A DNA stretch of 64,000 nucleotides from an uncultured Gemmatimonadales bacterium. GTDB taxonomy: Bacteria; Gemmatimonadota; Gemmatimonadetes; Gemmatimonadales; GWC2-71-9. Under the pieces are notes generated by a model. It searched no databases, was not told where the DNA came from, and saw nothing but the letters and a program-made list of their open reading frames with translations. The position numbers and the translations under genes are program-made. The DNA is taken from NCBI GenBank assembly GCA_963825055.1, contig CAWGSK010000011.1, positions 1 through 64,000 of the forward strand, in the 5' to 3' direction. Below are positions 47,162-57,293 of this stretch, piece by piece (position 1 is the first letter of the stretch; each line of letters opens with the position of its first letter).

Positions 47162-48858
47162 TGATCGGACGACCACCCGGTGGCGTGGAACCGGGTACCC
47201 GACTTCTCCACGTACTCCAGTTGCAGCAGCCGGCCCAGGAGCCCTGGCATCACGTCGGTACCCAGTCCTGTGGTCCGCACAATATCAGCCGTGAGCATCG
47301 GGCCCGAGAGCGTGATCGCCTCCAGGACCTGCAACTCCGAAACCGTCAGCCCGGGAAACGATTCCTGCGGCGCACGAAGCTGGCGAATCGGCGACCCCGA
47401 GGCGATGGCGTCATAGTTGCGCATCGATTTCCGCAACTGGATCCCCGACGTCGTGATGTCGTAGGCCCGGAACTCCCGGCTGTGCTTGCTGCCCCGCATC
47501 TTCACCACGACCAGGACCTTGCAGAGCTCTCCCTCGATCTCGACATACCGCTGGCTGAGGACGTCGTCAGTGAGGAACGAGACCTGGTAACCGGTGAACT
47601 GCAGCCCCGTCCCTTCTCCCCGCCCGACGACCTCGACCGTGGAGAAGACCGTGACACCCAGCGCCGTGAGCGCGCCGATCAGGCGGTAGAGCGACTCCCG
47701 GAAATCCTCCCGGAAGGCGGGAGCCAGCGCCATCTCGAAACCCGAGAGCGAGTCGATCACCACCCGGCTGGCCCCGATGGCCGCGACCGAGGTCCGGATC
47801 TCATCCAGCGTTTCGTCGACCGAAAGATCAAGCGGCCGGAGGTAGATGATCCGCAGCCGGTCAGCCTCGAGCGCGCCATGCAGGTCCACGTCCACCGTCC
47901 GGGCGCGGTCGAGATACGATTCGGGGTGCTCCTCGAAGATGACGACAACCGCCGTCTCACCGGCCTGCAGCCCGGCCGCGACAAACCGCATCGCGAAGGT
48001 GGTCTTGCCAGTCCCGGTGGGGCCCGCGAGGACCAGAGAATCACCCGCCGGGATCCCGCCACCCATCATGGCATCGAGGCCGATGATGCCGGTGGAAAGC
48101 CGGTCGCGCCCCCGCTTGGATACGTCGGTGGTACGGGTCGGGGTGCGGGGAAATACCTGCATCCCGGCCCGACTGAGGCGGATCGTGTGCACGCCTGGCA
48201 TTGGATCGGCGCCGCGCATCTTCACCACCTGGAGTCGGCGCACGACCGAGTTGCGGTTGGTGGCCTGCGAGAGCCAGATGATCCCATCCGCCACCGTGAA
48301 GACGGGGTCGCGCAGCTCCTGGTCCGGGTACTCGCCAATCAGGAGCGTGGTGATTTCCCAGGTGGCCATGCGCAGGGCCAGGCGCTGCACGAACTGCTCG
48401 ACATATCCCGCGGGTGCCTCGTTCGCCTTGACCAGGGAGCGGTAGGAGTCCACCACGATCATGGACGGACCGAGGCGCTGCACCTCCTGGGTGATGCGAT
48501 GCAGCATCGCGTCGAGGTCGCCGGTCAGCGCCTCCTCGCTCAGGTTGAGAAAGTGTATACTCGACCCGATCAGGGACGCATCGAAGAAGTCGAACAGCTG
48601 CTGATAACGCATCATCTTGATCGAGGACTCCCCCAGCATCGTGATGAACAGCCCGGGGCGTTCCGGCGTGGCGATGGCGTACATGCACTGCATCGCAAGG
48701 GTCGTCTTGCCGGAGCCCGGGGTGCCGGCAATGAGATTGAACGAATAGGCCGGCAATCCTCCACCGAGGACCGCATCCAGGCCGGGTACGCCGGTGGCGA
48801 GCGTGGCCAGCGGCGGTGGACGCGGCGCCGGGATTGGTCGGGCGCGCTTCTTAGTCAT
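47158..48858 (-). CDS. KaiC-like double-domain ATPase with C-terminal winged-HTH-like extension
   Basis: GTPGSGKT and GPTGTGKT Walker A motifs, two KMRG motifs, extra tail LTVSELQVLEAITLSGP..LLQLEYV. Confidence 0.88.
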   Translation of the reverse strand: MTKKRARPIPAPRPPPLATLATGVPGLDAVLGGGLPAYSFNLIAGTPGSGKTTLAMQCMYAIATPERPGLFITMLGESSIKMMRYQQLFDFFDASLIGSSIHFLNLSEEALTGDLDAMLHRITQEVQRLGPSMIVVDSYRSLVKANEAPAGYVEQFVQRLALRMATWEITTLLIGEYPDQELRDPVFTVADGIIWLSQATNRNSVVRRLQVVKMRGADPMPGVHTIRLSRAGMQVFPRTPTRTTDVSKRGRDRLSTGIIGLDAMMGGGIPAGDSLVLAGPTGTGKTTFAMRFVAAGLQAGETAVVVIFEEHPESYLDRARTVDVDLHGALEADRLRIIYLRPLDLSVDETLDEIRTSVAAIGASRVVIDSLSGFEMALAPAFREDFRESLYRLIGALTALGVTVFSTVEVVGRGEGTGLQFTGYQVSFLTDDVLSQRYVEIEGELCKVLVVVKMRGSKHSREFRAYDITTSGIQLRKSMRNYDAIASGSPIRQLRAPQESFPGLTVSELQVLEAITLSGPMLTADIVRTTGLGTDVMPGLLGRLLQLEYVEKSGTRFHATGWSSDQ

Positions 48859-49513
48859 CGGTGCCTCTAGGGAAGGGACGCTCCGGGTAGGACGGTCCGG
48901 CGCAGGCCAGGGTAAGGAGATCGCCGGCGACCTGGGGCCCGACCGTGTGGCCGAGCAGGTCCGTCAGGGTCGCGAGCATGGCGATGACCGCCTTGTCCCG
49001 TGCGGCGGGCACCGGCAGAGGTTTTCCGGAGGGGAGCGGTACGACATCTCCGGCGAATGATGTGACCGACTCGATCGCCGGATGCGCCACCCGCACCAGG
49101 CCAAACGCACGATCGAGGAGCACATAGTATCCATCCACGCCGATCCAGCGGCTCAGCCTGTCGCGCACCTGCTGACCCAGAGACTCGGCGGCGGCGGCCC
49201 TCTCGGCCGGCGTCCGTGCCCGCCGCGTGGCCTGGGTCCAGAGTTGTCGGGCAAGCGCGGTGGCGGCGGTGCCGGTCGCGGGATCCACATCCCCGACCGG
49301 GACCGTCCGGGCAGACGACCTGCGACTCGGCACGAAAAAAACTCCTGACCAGAGAGGAACTGGACTCCAATGACCTCCATTGAAGCGTACCGGTGCGCCC
49401 GTGCACGGGCAATCGCCCATTGGACGGGGCCGGGTGACTAGATCCGAAGATGGAGAGAAGCCCCTCCGACCGGCCCGGAGCGCACCGCTGCCCGCGGTGG
49501 GCCCCGAGGTCAC
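48851..49513 (-). CDS. hypothetical helical protein upstream of KaiC-like gene (true start probably near 49290-49330)
   Basis: LSRWIGVDGYYVLLDRA..LTDLLGHTVG; overlaps the KaiC-like start. Confidence 0.65.
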   Translation of the reverse strand: MTSGPTAGSGALRAGRRGFSPSSDLVTRPRPMGDCPCTGAPVRFNGGHWSPVPLWSGVFFVPSRRSSARTVPVGDVDPATGTAATALARQLWTQATRRARTPAERAAAAESLGQQVRDRLSRWIGVDGYYVLLDRAFGLVRVAHPAIESVTSFAGDVVPLPSGKPLPVPAARDKAVIAMLATLTDLLGHTVGPQVAGDLLTLACAGPSYPERPFPRGTDD

Positions 49514-49635
49514 CGGAGCTGGCGACCGGCTGGTTTTCCGAGGAGCGAGGCGGCCAGTCGGCCCTCCGCTTCGTTACCTGCATGCTCAGGGGAAGTGGCC
49601 GCTCAGGCGCAGGATGGTCACACCCGGGGGCGCAG

Positions 49636-49644
49636 TGGTATAAT
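49636..49644 (+). promoter_or_regulatory. extended -10 element
   Basis: TGGTATAAT in the intergenic region upstream of the GH3 gene. Confidence 0.5.
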
Positions 49645-49816
49645 CTGCCTGTCCAACCGTTCCGGCTCTCAATCGTTGACTCACACAGGGGGACCACGTT
49701 ACGGGCCTCACTGGGTTCCCTGCGCGGATGGTGCGTTCCTCCTCATACGCCGTAACGGCCGGGAACTACTATCGCGAGGCCGGCCGGACCAGCGCGATCG
49801 ACGCGATGGCGGGCAC

Positions 49817-52351
49817 ATGAACTCCCGCGGCCTGCTGGCCCTTCTGCTCGTGGTCCTGGCGCCGCTCGAGGCGGGGGCCCAGGCCACCGGGGACCTCCTC
49901 GACCGCATGACACTCGAGGAGAAGTTCTGGCAGCTCTTCATGATCCCCGGTGACCTGTCCGACTCCACCCACGACTACAGCCACGGCGTCTTCGGACTCC
50001 AGGTCCCCGCCGCTCCGACGGCGCGCGAAGATGCAGAACGCATCGCTGCCATCCAGCGATACTTTGTGGACCAGACCCGGCTCCACATCCCGATCATTCC
50101 GTTCGACGAAGCCGTGCACGGGCTCACCCGCCCGGGTGCCACCGTGTTCCCCGCGGCGATCGGGCTGGCCGCCACCTGGGACACCGCCGTCATGGGGCGC
50201 GTCGCCACCGCCATCGCCCGCGAGACCCGCTCGCGCGGGATCCGCCAGGTGCTCTCCCCCGTGGTGAACCTCGCCAGCGATGTCCGCTGGGGACGCACCG
50301 AGGAGACGTACGGCGAAGACCCCTTCCTCGGCTCCGCGATGGCCCGCGCGTTTGTCCGCCCCTTCGAGCAACACGGCGTCGTCACCACGCCGAAGCACTT
50401 CGTCGCCAATGTCGGCGAGGGCGGTCGAGACAGCTACCCGATCGCGCTCGATGATCGCACTCTCGCCGAGCGCGACTACCCGCCGTTCCGCGCCGCGCTC
50501 GGCGCCGGCTCACGATCCATCATGACCGCTTACAACTCCGTGGGCGGACTCCCCGCCACCCAGAACCCCCACCTCCTCACGGAGACACTGCGGCGCGCGT
50601 GGGGATTCAAGGGGGTCGTGATCACGGACGCCGCCGCCACGGGCGGGGCAACCGTGCTGCACCATACCGCGGCGACCACGCAGGAGGCCGCCCGGCAGGC
50701 GCTCACAGCCGGTGTCGACGTGATCTTCCAGAGTTCGTGGCCCCAGCACGCTCCCTATCTCGACGCCGTCCGCCGCCTGGTGCCGCCCGCCGTCACTGAC
50801 ACTGCCGTCGCCCGTGTCCTCCGGCTCAAGCAGGCGCTCGGGCTCTTCGATGACCCCTGCCCCGACCCCGACAGCGCGGCGTTCTGGAACGGGAACCCGC
50901 GTCATATCGCCCTGGCCCGGGAGGCTGCGGCCGCCGCCGTGGTGCTGCTTCGAAATGACGGCCTGCTCCCGCTCGACAGCACGGTGCCTTCCGTAGCGCT
51001 GATCGGCGCGGACGCCAGTGAGGCACGCTTCGGTGGCTACAGCGCGCCCGGAGTGGCACCCGTTTCCATCCTTGCGGGGCTTCAGGCCCGCCTCGGCGAC
51101 CGGGTGCGATTCGCGCCGGGCCCCGGGCGGGACGACGGATCGCTCGTGACGGTCCCCGCCGGCCGCCTCGCGCTCACGACGGAGCTCTTCACCAATCCGG
51201 GCCTCACGGGCACCGCGGCCACGGTGCGCCGTGACTCGACCGTGGATGTCCGCTGGACCTTCATGCCACCCGCAGCCGGACTCGAGACCGACTGGTACTC
51301 GGTCCGCTGGACCGGCACGCTCTCCAGCGGCCCGAACCGGGTCACGCGGCTCGGCGTCGACGGCACAGACGGCTGGCGCCTCTGGCTCGACGATCGCCTC
51401 CTGCTCGACCGCTGGACCAAGCGCTCAGCAGGAAGGTCACTGGCGGCGGTGGACCTGGCCCCGGGAAGCACGCACACCATCCGGCTCGAGTTCTACGAAA
51501 CCACTGGTAACGCGCGGCTCCGGCTGGTCTGGGACACCGGGGGCGAGCGCGCGCTTGACGCGAAGGTCGACAGCGCGGTCGCCCTGGCCGGCCGGAGTGC
51601 CGTCGCGGTGGTGGTCGCCGGCATAGAGGAAGGGGAATTCCGTGACCGTGGGTCGCTCGCCCTTCCCGGCCGGCAGGAGGAGCTGATCCGCCGGGTGGCC
51701 GCCACCGGCACGCCGACCGTTGTGGCGCTGGTCGGGGGCAGCGCCATCACCATGCCGTGGCTGGAGCATGTCGGCGCCGTGCTGATGGCGTGGTATCCGG
51801 GGGAGCAGGGTGGGCAGGCGCTGGCGGACGTGCTCTTCGGTGACGTCAGCCCTTCCGGCCGGCTTCCGATCACCTTCCCCATCGCCGAGGGCCAGCTGCC
51901 GCTTACCTACAACCACCGCCCTACCGGTCGCGGCGACGACTACCTCAACCTCACCGGCCGGCCGCTGTTCCCCTTCGGCTTCGGACTGTCGTACACCGAC
52001 TTCACGTACGACAGTCTCGTATTCACTCCGGACACGATCGCGCCGGGGGACTCGGCAGAGGTCCGCCTCCAGGTGCGCAATACCGGGACGCGCCCGGGCC
52101 ACGAGGTGGTCCAGCTGTATCTCCACGACGATGTGGCCACCTTCGCGCAACCGGTGCTCCAGCTCGCGGGATTCACCCGGGTATATCTCGAACCCGGCGA
52201 GGCGCGCGAGGTTCACTTCCGGCTCGGCCCTGACCAGCTCTCGGTGCTCGACAGCGGGCTGCATCCGGTGATGGAGCCGGGCACGTTCACCGTCTACGCC
52301 GGAGCCTCGTCGCGCGACCTGCGCCTGCGCGGTATGTTGACAGTCCGATGA
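49817..52351 (+). CDS. GH3 beta-glucosidase-like enzyme with PA14 and Fn3-like domains
   Basis: DEAVHG, RWGRTEETYGEDP, KHF, VITD; PA14 insert (YSVRWTG); PSGRLPITF. Confidence 0.93.
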   Translation: MNSRGLLALLLVVLAPLEAGAQATGDLLDRMTLEEKFWQLFMIPGDLSDSTHDYSHGVFGLQVPAAPTAREDAERIAAIQRYFVDQTRLHIPIIPFDEAVHGLTRPGATVFPAAIGLAATWDTAVMGRVATAIARETRSRGIRQVLSPVVNLASDVRWGRTEETYGEDPFLGSAMARAFVRPFEQHGVVTTPKHFVANVGEGGRDSYPIALDDRTLAERDYPPFRAALGAGSRSIMTAYNSVGGLPATQNPHLLTETLRRAWGFKGVVITDAAATGGATVLHHTAATTQEAARQALTAGVDVIFQSSWPQHAPYLDAVRRLVPPAVTDTAVARVLRLKQALGLFDDPCPDPDSAAFWNGNPRHIALAREAAAAAVVLLRNDGLLPLDSTVPSVALIGADASEARFGGYSAPGVAPVSILAGLQARLGDRVRFAPGPGRDDGSLVTVPAGRLALTTELFTNPGLTGTAATVRRDSTVDVRWTFMPPAAGLETDWYSVRWTGTLSSGPNRVTRLGVDGTDGWRLWLDDRLLLDRWTKRSAGRSLAAVDLAPGSTHTIRLEFYETTGNARLRLVWDTGGERALDAKVDSAVALAGRSAVAVVVAGIEEGEFRDRGSLALPGRQEELIRRVAATGTPTVVALVGGSAITMPWLEHVGAVLMAWYPGEQGGQALADVLFGDVSPSGRLPITFPIAEGQLPLTYNHRPTGRGDDYLNLTGRPLFPFGFGLSYTDFTYDSLVFTPDTIAPGDSAEVRLQVRNTGTRPGHEVVQLYLHDDVATFAQPVLQLAGFTRVYLEPGEAREVHFRLGPDQLSVLDSGLHPVMEPGTFTVYAGASSRDLRLRGMLTVR

Positions 52352-53658
52352 TCGACCGCCGAACCCTCCTGGCCGCGGGCGCCGCGGCACTGGCCTTCCC
52401 CCGTCTCCGGAACGTGGTGACTCCGGCGCCGCGTCCGGTCCCCTCCCCCGCACAGCTTCGCTGGCAGCAGGACGGAGTCGCGCTTTTCCTGCATTTCGGC
52501 GTGAACACCTTCACCGACCGCGAATGGGGCGATGGACGGGAAGACCCGGTGATCTTCGCGCCCGCCGCCCTCGACGCCCGCCAGTGGGCCCGCGTCGCGC
52601 GGGCCGGCGGTGCGAAGGCCATGATCCTGACCGCCAAGCACCATGACGGCTTCTGCCTCTGGCCCACCAGGACGACCACGCACTCGGTCGCGAGCAGCCC
52701 GTGGCGAGGGGGTGAGGGCGACGTGGTCCGCGAATTCACCGATGCCTGCCGGGCGGAGGGACTGCGGGCCGGGCTCTACCTCTCACCGTGGGACCGGAAT
52801 GCCCCGGTCTACGGTGACTCGCCTAGGTACAACGACTTCTACTGCGACCAGCTGACCGAACTGCTCACGCGCTACGGCCCCATCAGCCAGGTCTGGTTCG
52901 ACGGAGCGGTGGAGGTCGGGCCGGACGGGCGAAAGCAGGAGTACGACTGGCCCCGTATCTGGGGGCTGGTCCGCCGGCTCCAGCCGGAGGCGGTCATCTT
53001 CTCCGATGCGGGCCCCGACGTGCGCTGGATCGGCAACGAGCGGGGCGTGGCGGGCGATCCCAACTGGTCCACCGTCAACCCGGATACCGTTCCCTTTCCG
53101 GGCGCGAGTGGCGATGACGTGATCGCCATGCTCCAGCACGGTGACCCGAACGGTACCGTCTGGCGTCCAGGCGAGGCCGACGTGTCGATCCGGCCCGGCT
53201 GGTTCTGGCACCCGGCCGAAGATGAGAAGGTGCGGTCGGTGGAATCGCTGGAGGACTTGTACTTCAGTTCGGTGGGGCGGAACTCGAAGCTGCTCCTGAA
53301 CGTCCCTCCCACCCGCGATGGACTGATCCACCCGGTCGATGCCGCCCGGCTGGCGGCCATGCGGGACCGGCTCGGCAGCACGTTCGCTGACAACCGCGCT
53401 GCAGCAGCCGCAGCGGGACGGCCGGTGGCCGTGAGCGTGGCGGACCTGCGAGAGGACATCACCCGCGGGCAGGTGGTGGCGGGCTACCGGCTGGAAGGCC
53501 GGGTGAACGGCCGGTGGCAAACCCTGTCGTCCGGAACCACCGTCGGATACCGGAAACTGGACCGGTTCGAGCGCGTCACGGTGACGGGAGTACGGTTCCG
53601 GGTCGAGGCATCCGTGGGCCAGGGCTCCGGCCGCGTGGCGGTCGGCCTCTTCGGGTAA
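52348..53658 (+). CDS. GH29 alpha-L-fucosidase, Tat-exported
   Basis: RRTLL signal; FLHFG, AKHHDGFCLW, YLSPWD, WFDGA, SIRPGWF. Confidence 0.93.
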   Translation: MIDRRTLLAAGAAALAFPRLRNVVTPAPRPVPSPAQLRWQQDGVALFLHFGVNTFTDREWGDGREDPVIFAPAALDARQWARVARAGGAKAMILTAKHHDGFCLWPTRTTTHSVASSPWRGGEGDVVREFTDACRAEGLRAGLYLSPWDRNAPVYGDSPRYNDFYCDQLTELLTRYGPISQVWFDGAVEVGPDGRKQEYDWPRIWGLVRRLQPEAVIFSDAGPDVRWIGNERGVAGDPNWSTVNPDTVPFPGASGDDVIAMLQHGDPNGTVWRPGEADVSIRPGWFWHPAEDEKVRSVESLEDLYFSSVGRNSKLLLNVPPTRDGLIHPVDAARLAAMRDRLGSTFADNRAAAAAAGRPVAVSVADLREDITRGQVVAGYRLEGRVNGRWQTLSSGTTVGYRKLDRFERVTVTGVRFRVEASVGQGSGRVAVGLFG

Positions 53659-53744
53659 CAGGGAGCGAAGCCGGACTGACCGCGCTTCTGGCACTGGCTC
53701 GCCCTGAGCTCCCCGCGGCGAGCTGGTGACACGCCTCGTGGAGG

Positions 53745-54797
53745 ATGACGATGAACATGAAAACGGTCCTATTCATTCTTGTGCTTCCATTTGCACCTGG
53801 GCCCGTACCGGCGCAGCAGGCCTTGCCCCCGCCGGTCATCGACATGCACCTTCATCCCAGCGCCGTCGATTTCGCCGGGCCTCCGCCACTGGCCTACTGT
53901 GTTCCCCTGACACCCTACATGCCGCCACTGGACCCGCAGGAACCGTGGGGCGTCGTCTTTCTGCGGACCTTCAGGGCCCCGCCCTGCCCCGATCCCATCT
54001 GGTCGCCGACAACGGATCAGGCGTTAATTGATGAAACCGTGGCCGTGCTCAAGCGGCGCAATGTGATCGGTGTGCTGGCCGGACCTGTTGAATCAGTGCG
54101 CAGGTGGCACGCGGCCGCGCCGGATCGCTTCATTGCTGCCGCCGATCCCGACGAAAGCGGCACCCCGAATCCGACATCCGCTCCGGAGGCGCTTCGGCCA
54201 TTATTTGAGAGTGAGGAATTCGCCCTCCTCGCCGAGCTGTCGTACCAGTACGCCGGATGGGCGCCTGACGACGAACGGTTGGAGCCCTACTGGGCCATGG
54301 CTGAAGAACTCGACATCCCGGTCGGTATCCACATGGGCGAAGGTCCGCCAGGCGCCACCGGCCTGTTCCCCGAATATCGTGCGAGGCTCAGCAGCCCTTA
54401 CGGACTTGAAGACGTGCTGGCGCGCCATCCCCGTCTGCGTCTGTACGTGATGCATTACGGGTCACCCATGGTCAGCGAGATGATCGCAATGATGGCGGCC
54501 TACCCAGGCCTGTATGTGGATATCGGTGGAATGGCCACGTTCTATCCCCGACCATACTTCTATGGCCAGCTCAAGCAGTTCGTGGACGCGGGATTCGGCA
54601 AACGGGTGATGTACGGGTCGGATTCGATGATCTGGCCGGGCGTGATCGAGGCCGGCATCGCGGTCATCGAGGAGGCGCCGGTGCTCACTGCGGCGCAAAA
54701 GCGGGACATCCTCTATGACAATGCCGCCCGTTTCCTGCGACTGAGCGAAGACGACATTGCGCGGCACCATGGGAAGCCGTCGGGCGTTGATCCGTGA
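53745..54797 (+). CDS. amidohydrolase family protein, secreted
   Basis: IDMHLH, IHMG, MHYG, MYGSD. Confidence 0.88.
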   Translation: MTMNMKTVLFILVLPFAPGPVPAQQALPPPVIDMHLHPSAVDFAGPPPLAYCVPLTPYMPPLDPQEPWGVVFLRTFRAPPCPDPIWSPTTDQALIDETVAVLKRRNVIGVLAGPVESVRRWHAAAPDRFIAAADPDESGTPNPTSAPEALRPLFESEEFALLAELSYQYAGWAPDDERLEPYWAMAEELDIPVGIHMGEGPPGATGLFPEYRARLSSPYGLEDVLARHPRLRLYVMHYGSPMVSEMIAMMAAYPGLYVDIGGMATFYPRPYFYGQLKQFVDAGFGKRVMYGSDSMIWPGVIEAGIAVIEEAPVLTAAQKRDILYDNAARFLRLSEDDIARHHGKPSGVDP

Positions 54798-54929
54798 GCA
54801 TCGCCGTCTTTGCCGGTCCGCCGGCATCCAGCGCTCTGGGCAGCCGCTCCAGCGGGGGTCTCGACGGCGCCAGGGGTGGGATTTCAACGGCGACTCCGGC
54901 GGCAGCCGCAGCGAGGGCCGGGGCCATCA

Positions 54930-55265
54930 ATGCGAAAATGGCCATCGCGCGAAGTGAGCTCCGATGACAGAACGCGCGGGATCTGTGTCCGGCTGAAGCG
55001 CGTCACGATAGCGGATGACCTCGTCCGGATGTCCAACTACTCTCATGCGGTGACGGTCCCCCTGCGGAACATCGAGAGCGTCACGGAGATCCGGTGGCTC
55101 AACATCCACCCCGTTACCATTCACTTCTACCGCCCCACGGACTTTGGCAGCACCTTGGTGTTCATGCCCACATTCCGGCTGATTTCCTGGTTCTCGCACC
55201 CTGTCGTCGAGGAGCTGCGCCGGGCGACCGCGCGCGCCCGCGGTATGGCGGTTGCACTCTCTTGA
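54930..55265 (+). CDS. hypothetical protein, possibly 5'-truncated
   Basis: LKRV..SNY..VPL..IHPVTIHF..T.FG..FMP..SHPVVEEL looks protein-like, but there is no clear start. Confidence 0.45.
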   Translation: MRKWPSREVSSDDRTRGICVRLKRVTIADDLVRMSNYSHAVTVPLRNIESVTEIRWLNIHPVTIHFYRPTDFGSTLVFMPTFRLISWFSHPVVEELRRATARARGMAVALS

Positions 55266-55283
55266 CCCCGACTGGATGAGGCG

Positions 55284-55983
55284 ATGACACGTCGATACAC
55301 CGATGACGAAGTGCGAGAGATCTTCGGCCGGGCCGCCGAAGATGAGCCCGCCCGGCTTCCGCCTTCCGCCGAGGGTCTCTCGCTCGAGCAGATCAAGGAG
55401 ATCGGCGCCGAGGTCGGGATTGACGGGGCCAGTCTCGAGCGCGCGGCCCGGTCCCTGCCGGCGGACCAGCCACAGACGAGGTCGCCGCTCACAGGCGGGG
55501 CCCTGTCACTGCACGCGGGGAGCCGTATCAGCGGCGATCTCGGGGCAGTTCCGATGAGTGAGATCCTCGCCACCATCCGCCGGGACATGGGGACACCCGG
55601 CGAGATCTCGCAGGTCGGCGATCTCATCGAGTGGCGGTCGAGCGGTGACCTCGGCCAACGTGCCATCACGCTCTCGTCCGATCAGGGACACACCGACATC
55701 TCGGCCTCGGCGAACCTGGCCAGTGCCGCCGCCGTGACGTTCGTGCCGGCCGGCATCCTGGGAGCCTTCGTCGCGATCCTCGGATTCATCCAGGCCGCCG
55801 ACAGCGGCAGTGCCGCCGGCATGCTGCTGTCCGTGGTGGCCATCCCCGCTCTCTTCCTCGTAATGCGCGTCATTTTCGCCCGCATCTCACGGGCGGAATC
55901 CGCCAGGCTGGAGCAGGTGATGGGAGGAACTCGGCAGGCTCATCGCAGAAACGGACACCCGCGGTCCAGCTTCGCCCGCCTAG
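55284..55983 (+). CDS. hypothetical membrane protein (possible frameshift near 55925)
   Basis: RRYTDDEVREIF..GLSLEQIKEIGAEVGID; two C-terminal TM segments. Confidence 0.7.
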
Positions 55984-56230
55984 TCTGCCTCGGCGGATTC
56001 GTGGCGCCCGGGAGCAGATCGGGTGTCACAAGCGAGCGGTGGTTCAGCGGGGCTATCACATCGCGAACAGTACCGGCAGTGGGAGCGGCTCGGGGCGAGG
56101 GAGTTCAGGCCTTCTACGACAGCGCGTTCTCCGAGTGCCTGGCCGGACGGCCCCGGTCGGCATTCCTCGCCGAGGGTTCTCCCCTCATGGGGTACCGGGG
56201 CCGGATACTCGGAGCGGACGTACCCTGAAA

Positions 56231-56284
56231 CAACCATATGGTTGACAAACATCAGAATAAGCCTTACCGTCAACCGTATGGTTG
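56231..56284 (+). promoter_or_regulatory. ArsR operator pair and sigma70 promoter
   Basis: CAACCATATGGTTG (56231) and CAACCGTATGGTTG (56271); TTGACA-N17-TACCGT. Confidence 0.8.
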
Positions 56285-56616
56285 CTAATCATTCCCGGCT
56301 CGACACGGTCTTCCATGCCTTGTCCGATCCTACTCGCCGCTCCATCCTCCAGCGTCTCGCCACCGGCGGCGCGCTGGTGAAGGATCTCGCCGAGCCCTTT
56401 GCGATGAGCAAGCAGGCTGTATCCAAACACCTCCACGTTCTGGAGGAGGCCGGCCTGGTGATGAAGCTGCCGGAGGGACGGTCGGCCAGGGTACTGCTCC
56501 AGGCCGGACCGCTCAGGCAGGTCGAGGACTGGGTAGCGTTCTACAGTCGCTTCTGGGCCGGCAGTCTCGCCGCGCTCGGGAATCTCGTGGACAGCGAAGA
56601 GGAGACAGGTAAATGA
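56278..56616 (+). CDS. ArsR/SmtB family transcriptional regulator
   Basis: FHALSDPTRRSIL..MSKQAVSKHLHVLEEAGLV. Confidence 0.92.
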   Translation: MVANHSRLDTVFHALSDPTRRSILQRLATGGALVKDLAEPFAMSKQAVSKHLHVLEEAGLVMKLPEGRSARVLLQAGPLRQVEDWVAFYSRFWAGSLAALGNLVDSEEETGK

Positions 56617-57047
56617 CGGCCGAAGCGGTGATCGTGACGCGAACGTTCAAGGCAGCCCCGGACCGCGTGTTCACGGCGTTCGAAAACCCGGCGGAACTGG
56701 CCCGCTGGATGGGTCAGCCCGGGAGCCGGACGGAGGTGGAGGCCCTGGAGGTCCGCGAGGGCGGCGGGATTCAGGTGCGGATGAGCTGGGAGAACGGCAT
56801 GGCCATTCGGCTGCGCGGCACGTTTCAGCGGGTCGAACGGCCGTCACTGCTCGAGTTCAGCTGGGCGATGGAAGGCGATGACGCCAATGCAGGCGTTGTG
56901 ACCGTGGAGATCCGGCCCCACGGCACCGGCACCGAACTCACTCTGACGCACGAAGGCCTGACTGGTTCGGCACAGAAGCAGTCGCGGGCGGGCTGGAACG
57001 GCTGGTTCGATCAGTTGCAGGCGCTGGTGGAGGAGGAAGCTCCATGA
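56613..57047 (+). CDS. SRPBCC/AHSA1 family protein
   Basis: VTRTFKAAPDRVF..W..LEFSW..GTELTLTH..GW. Confidence 0.9.
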   Translation: MTAEAVIVTRTFKAAPDRVFTAFENPAELARWMGQPGSRTEVEALEVREGGGIQVRMSWENGMAIRLRGTFQRVERPSLLEFSWAMEGDDANAGVVTVEIRPHGTGTELTLTHEGLTGSAQKQSRAGWNGWFDQLQALVEEEAP

Positions 57048-57268
57048 GCTGGAACCACTGGATGCGCCAGTTGCACCGCTGGCTGTCGATCGCCTTTACC
57101 CTGACGGTCGTCATGTGCTTCGTGAACCTGACCCGGGATGAACCGGCGCAGTGGATATTCTATGTACCACTGCTCCCACTGGCCCTGCTGAGCTTCACGG
57201 GCCTGTACCTGTTCGTGCTGCCGTACGTCCTCCAGTGGCGCCTTGCGCGCCGACCCGGCACGCGTTGA
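57044..57268 (+). CDS. small membrane protein
   Basis: RQLHRWLSIAFT..LLSFTGLYLFVLPY. Confidence 0.8.
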   Translation: MSWNHWMRQLHRWLSIAFTLTVVMCFVNLTRDEPAQWIFYVPLLPLALLSFTGLYLFVLPYVLQWRLARRPGTR

Positions 57269-57293
57269 TCACCAACCTCTGTTCCGGAGCTGC

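Noticed and set aside
36099..48858. A true circadian clock
   Set aside because: No kaiA and non-canonical phosphosites. Rhythmicity cannot be inferred from sequence.
43140..48870. Long + strand ORFs (43140, 45425, 47161)
   Set aside because: Antisense shadows of well-supported minus-strand genes in high-GC DNA.
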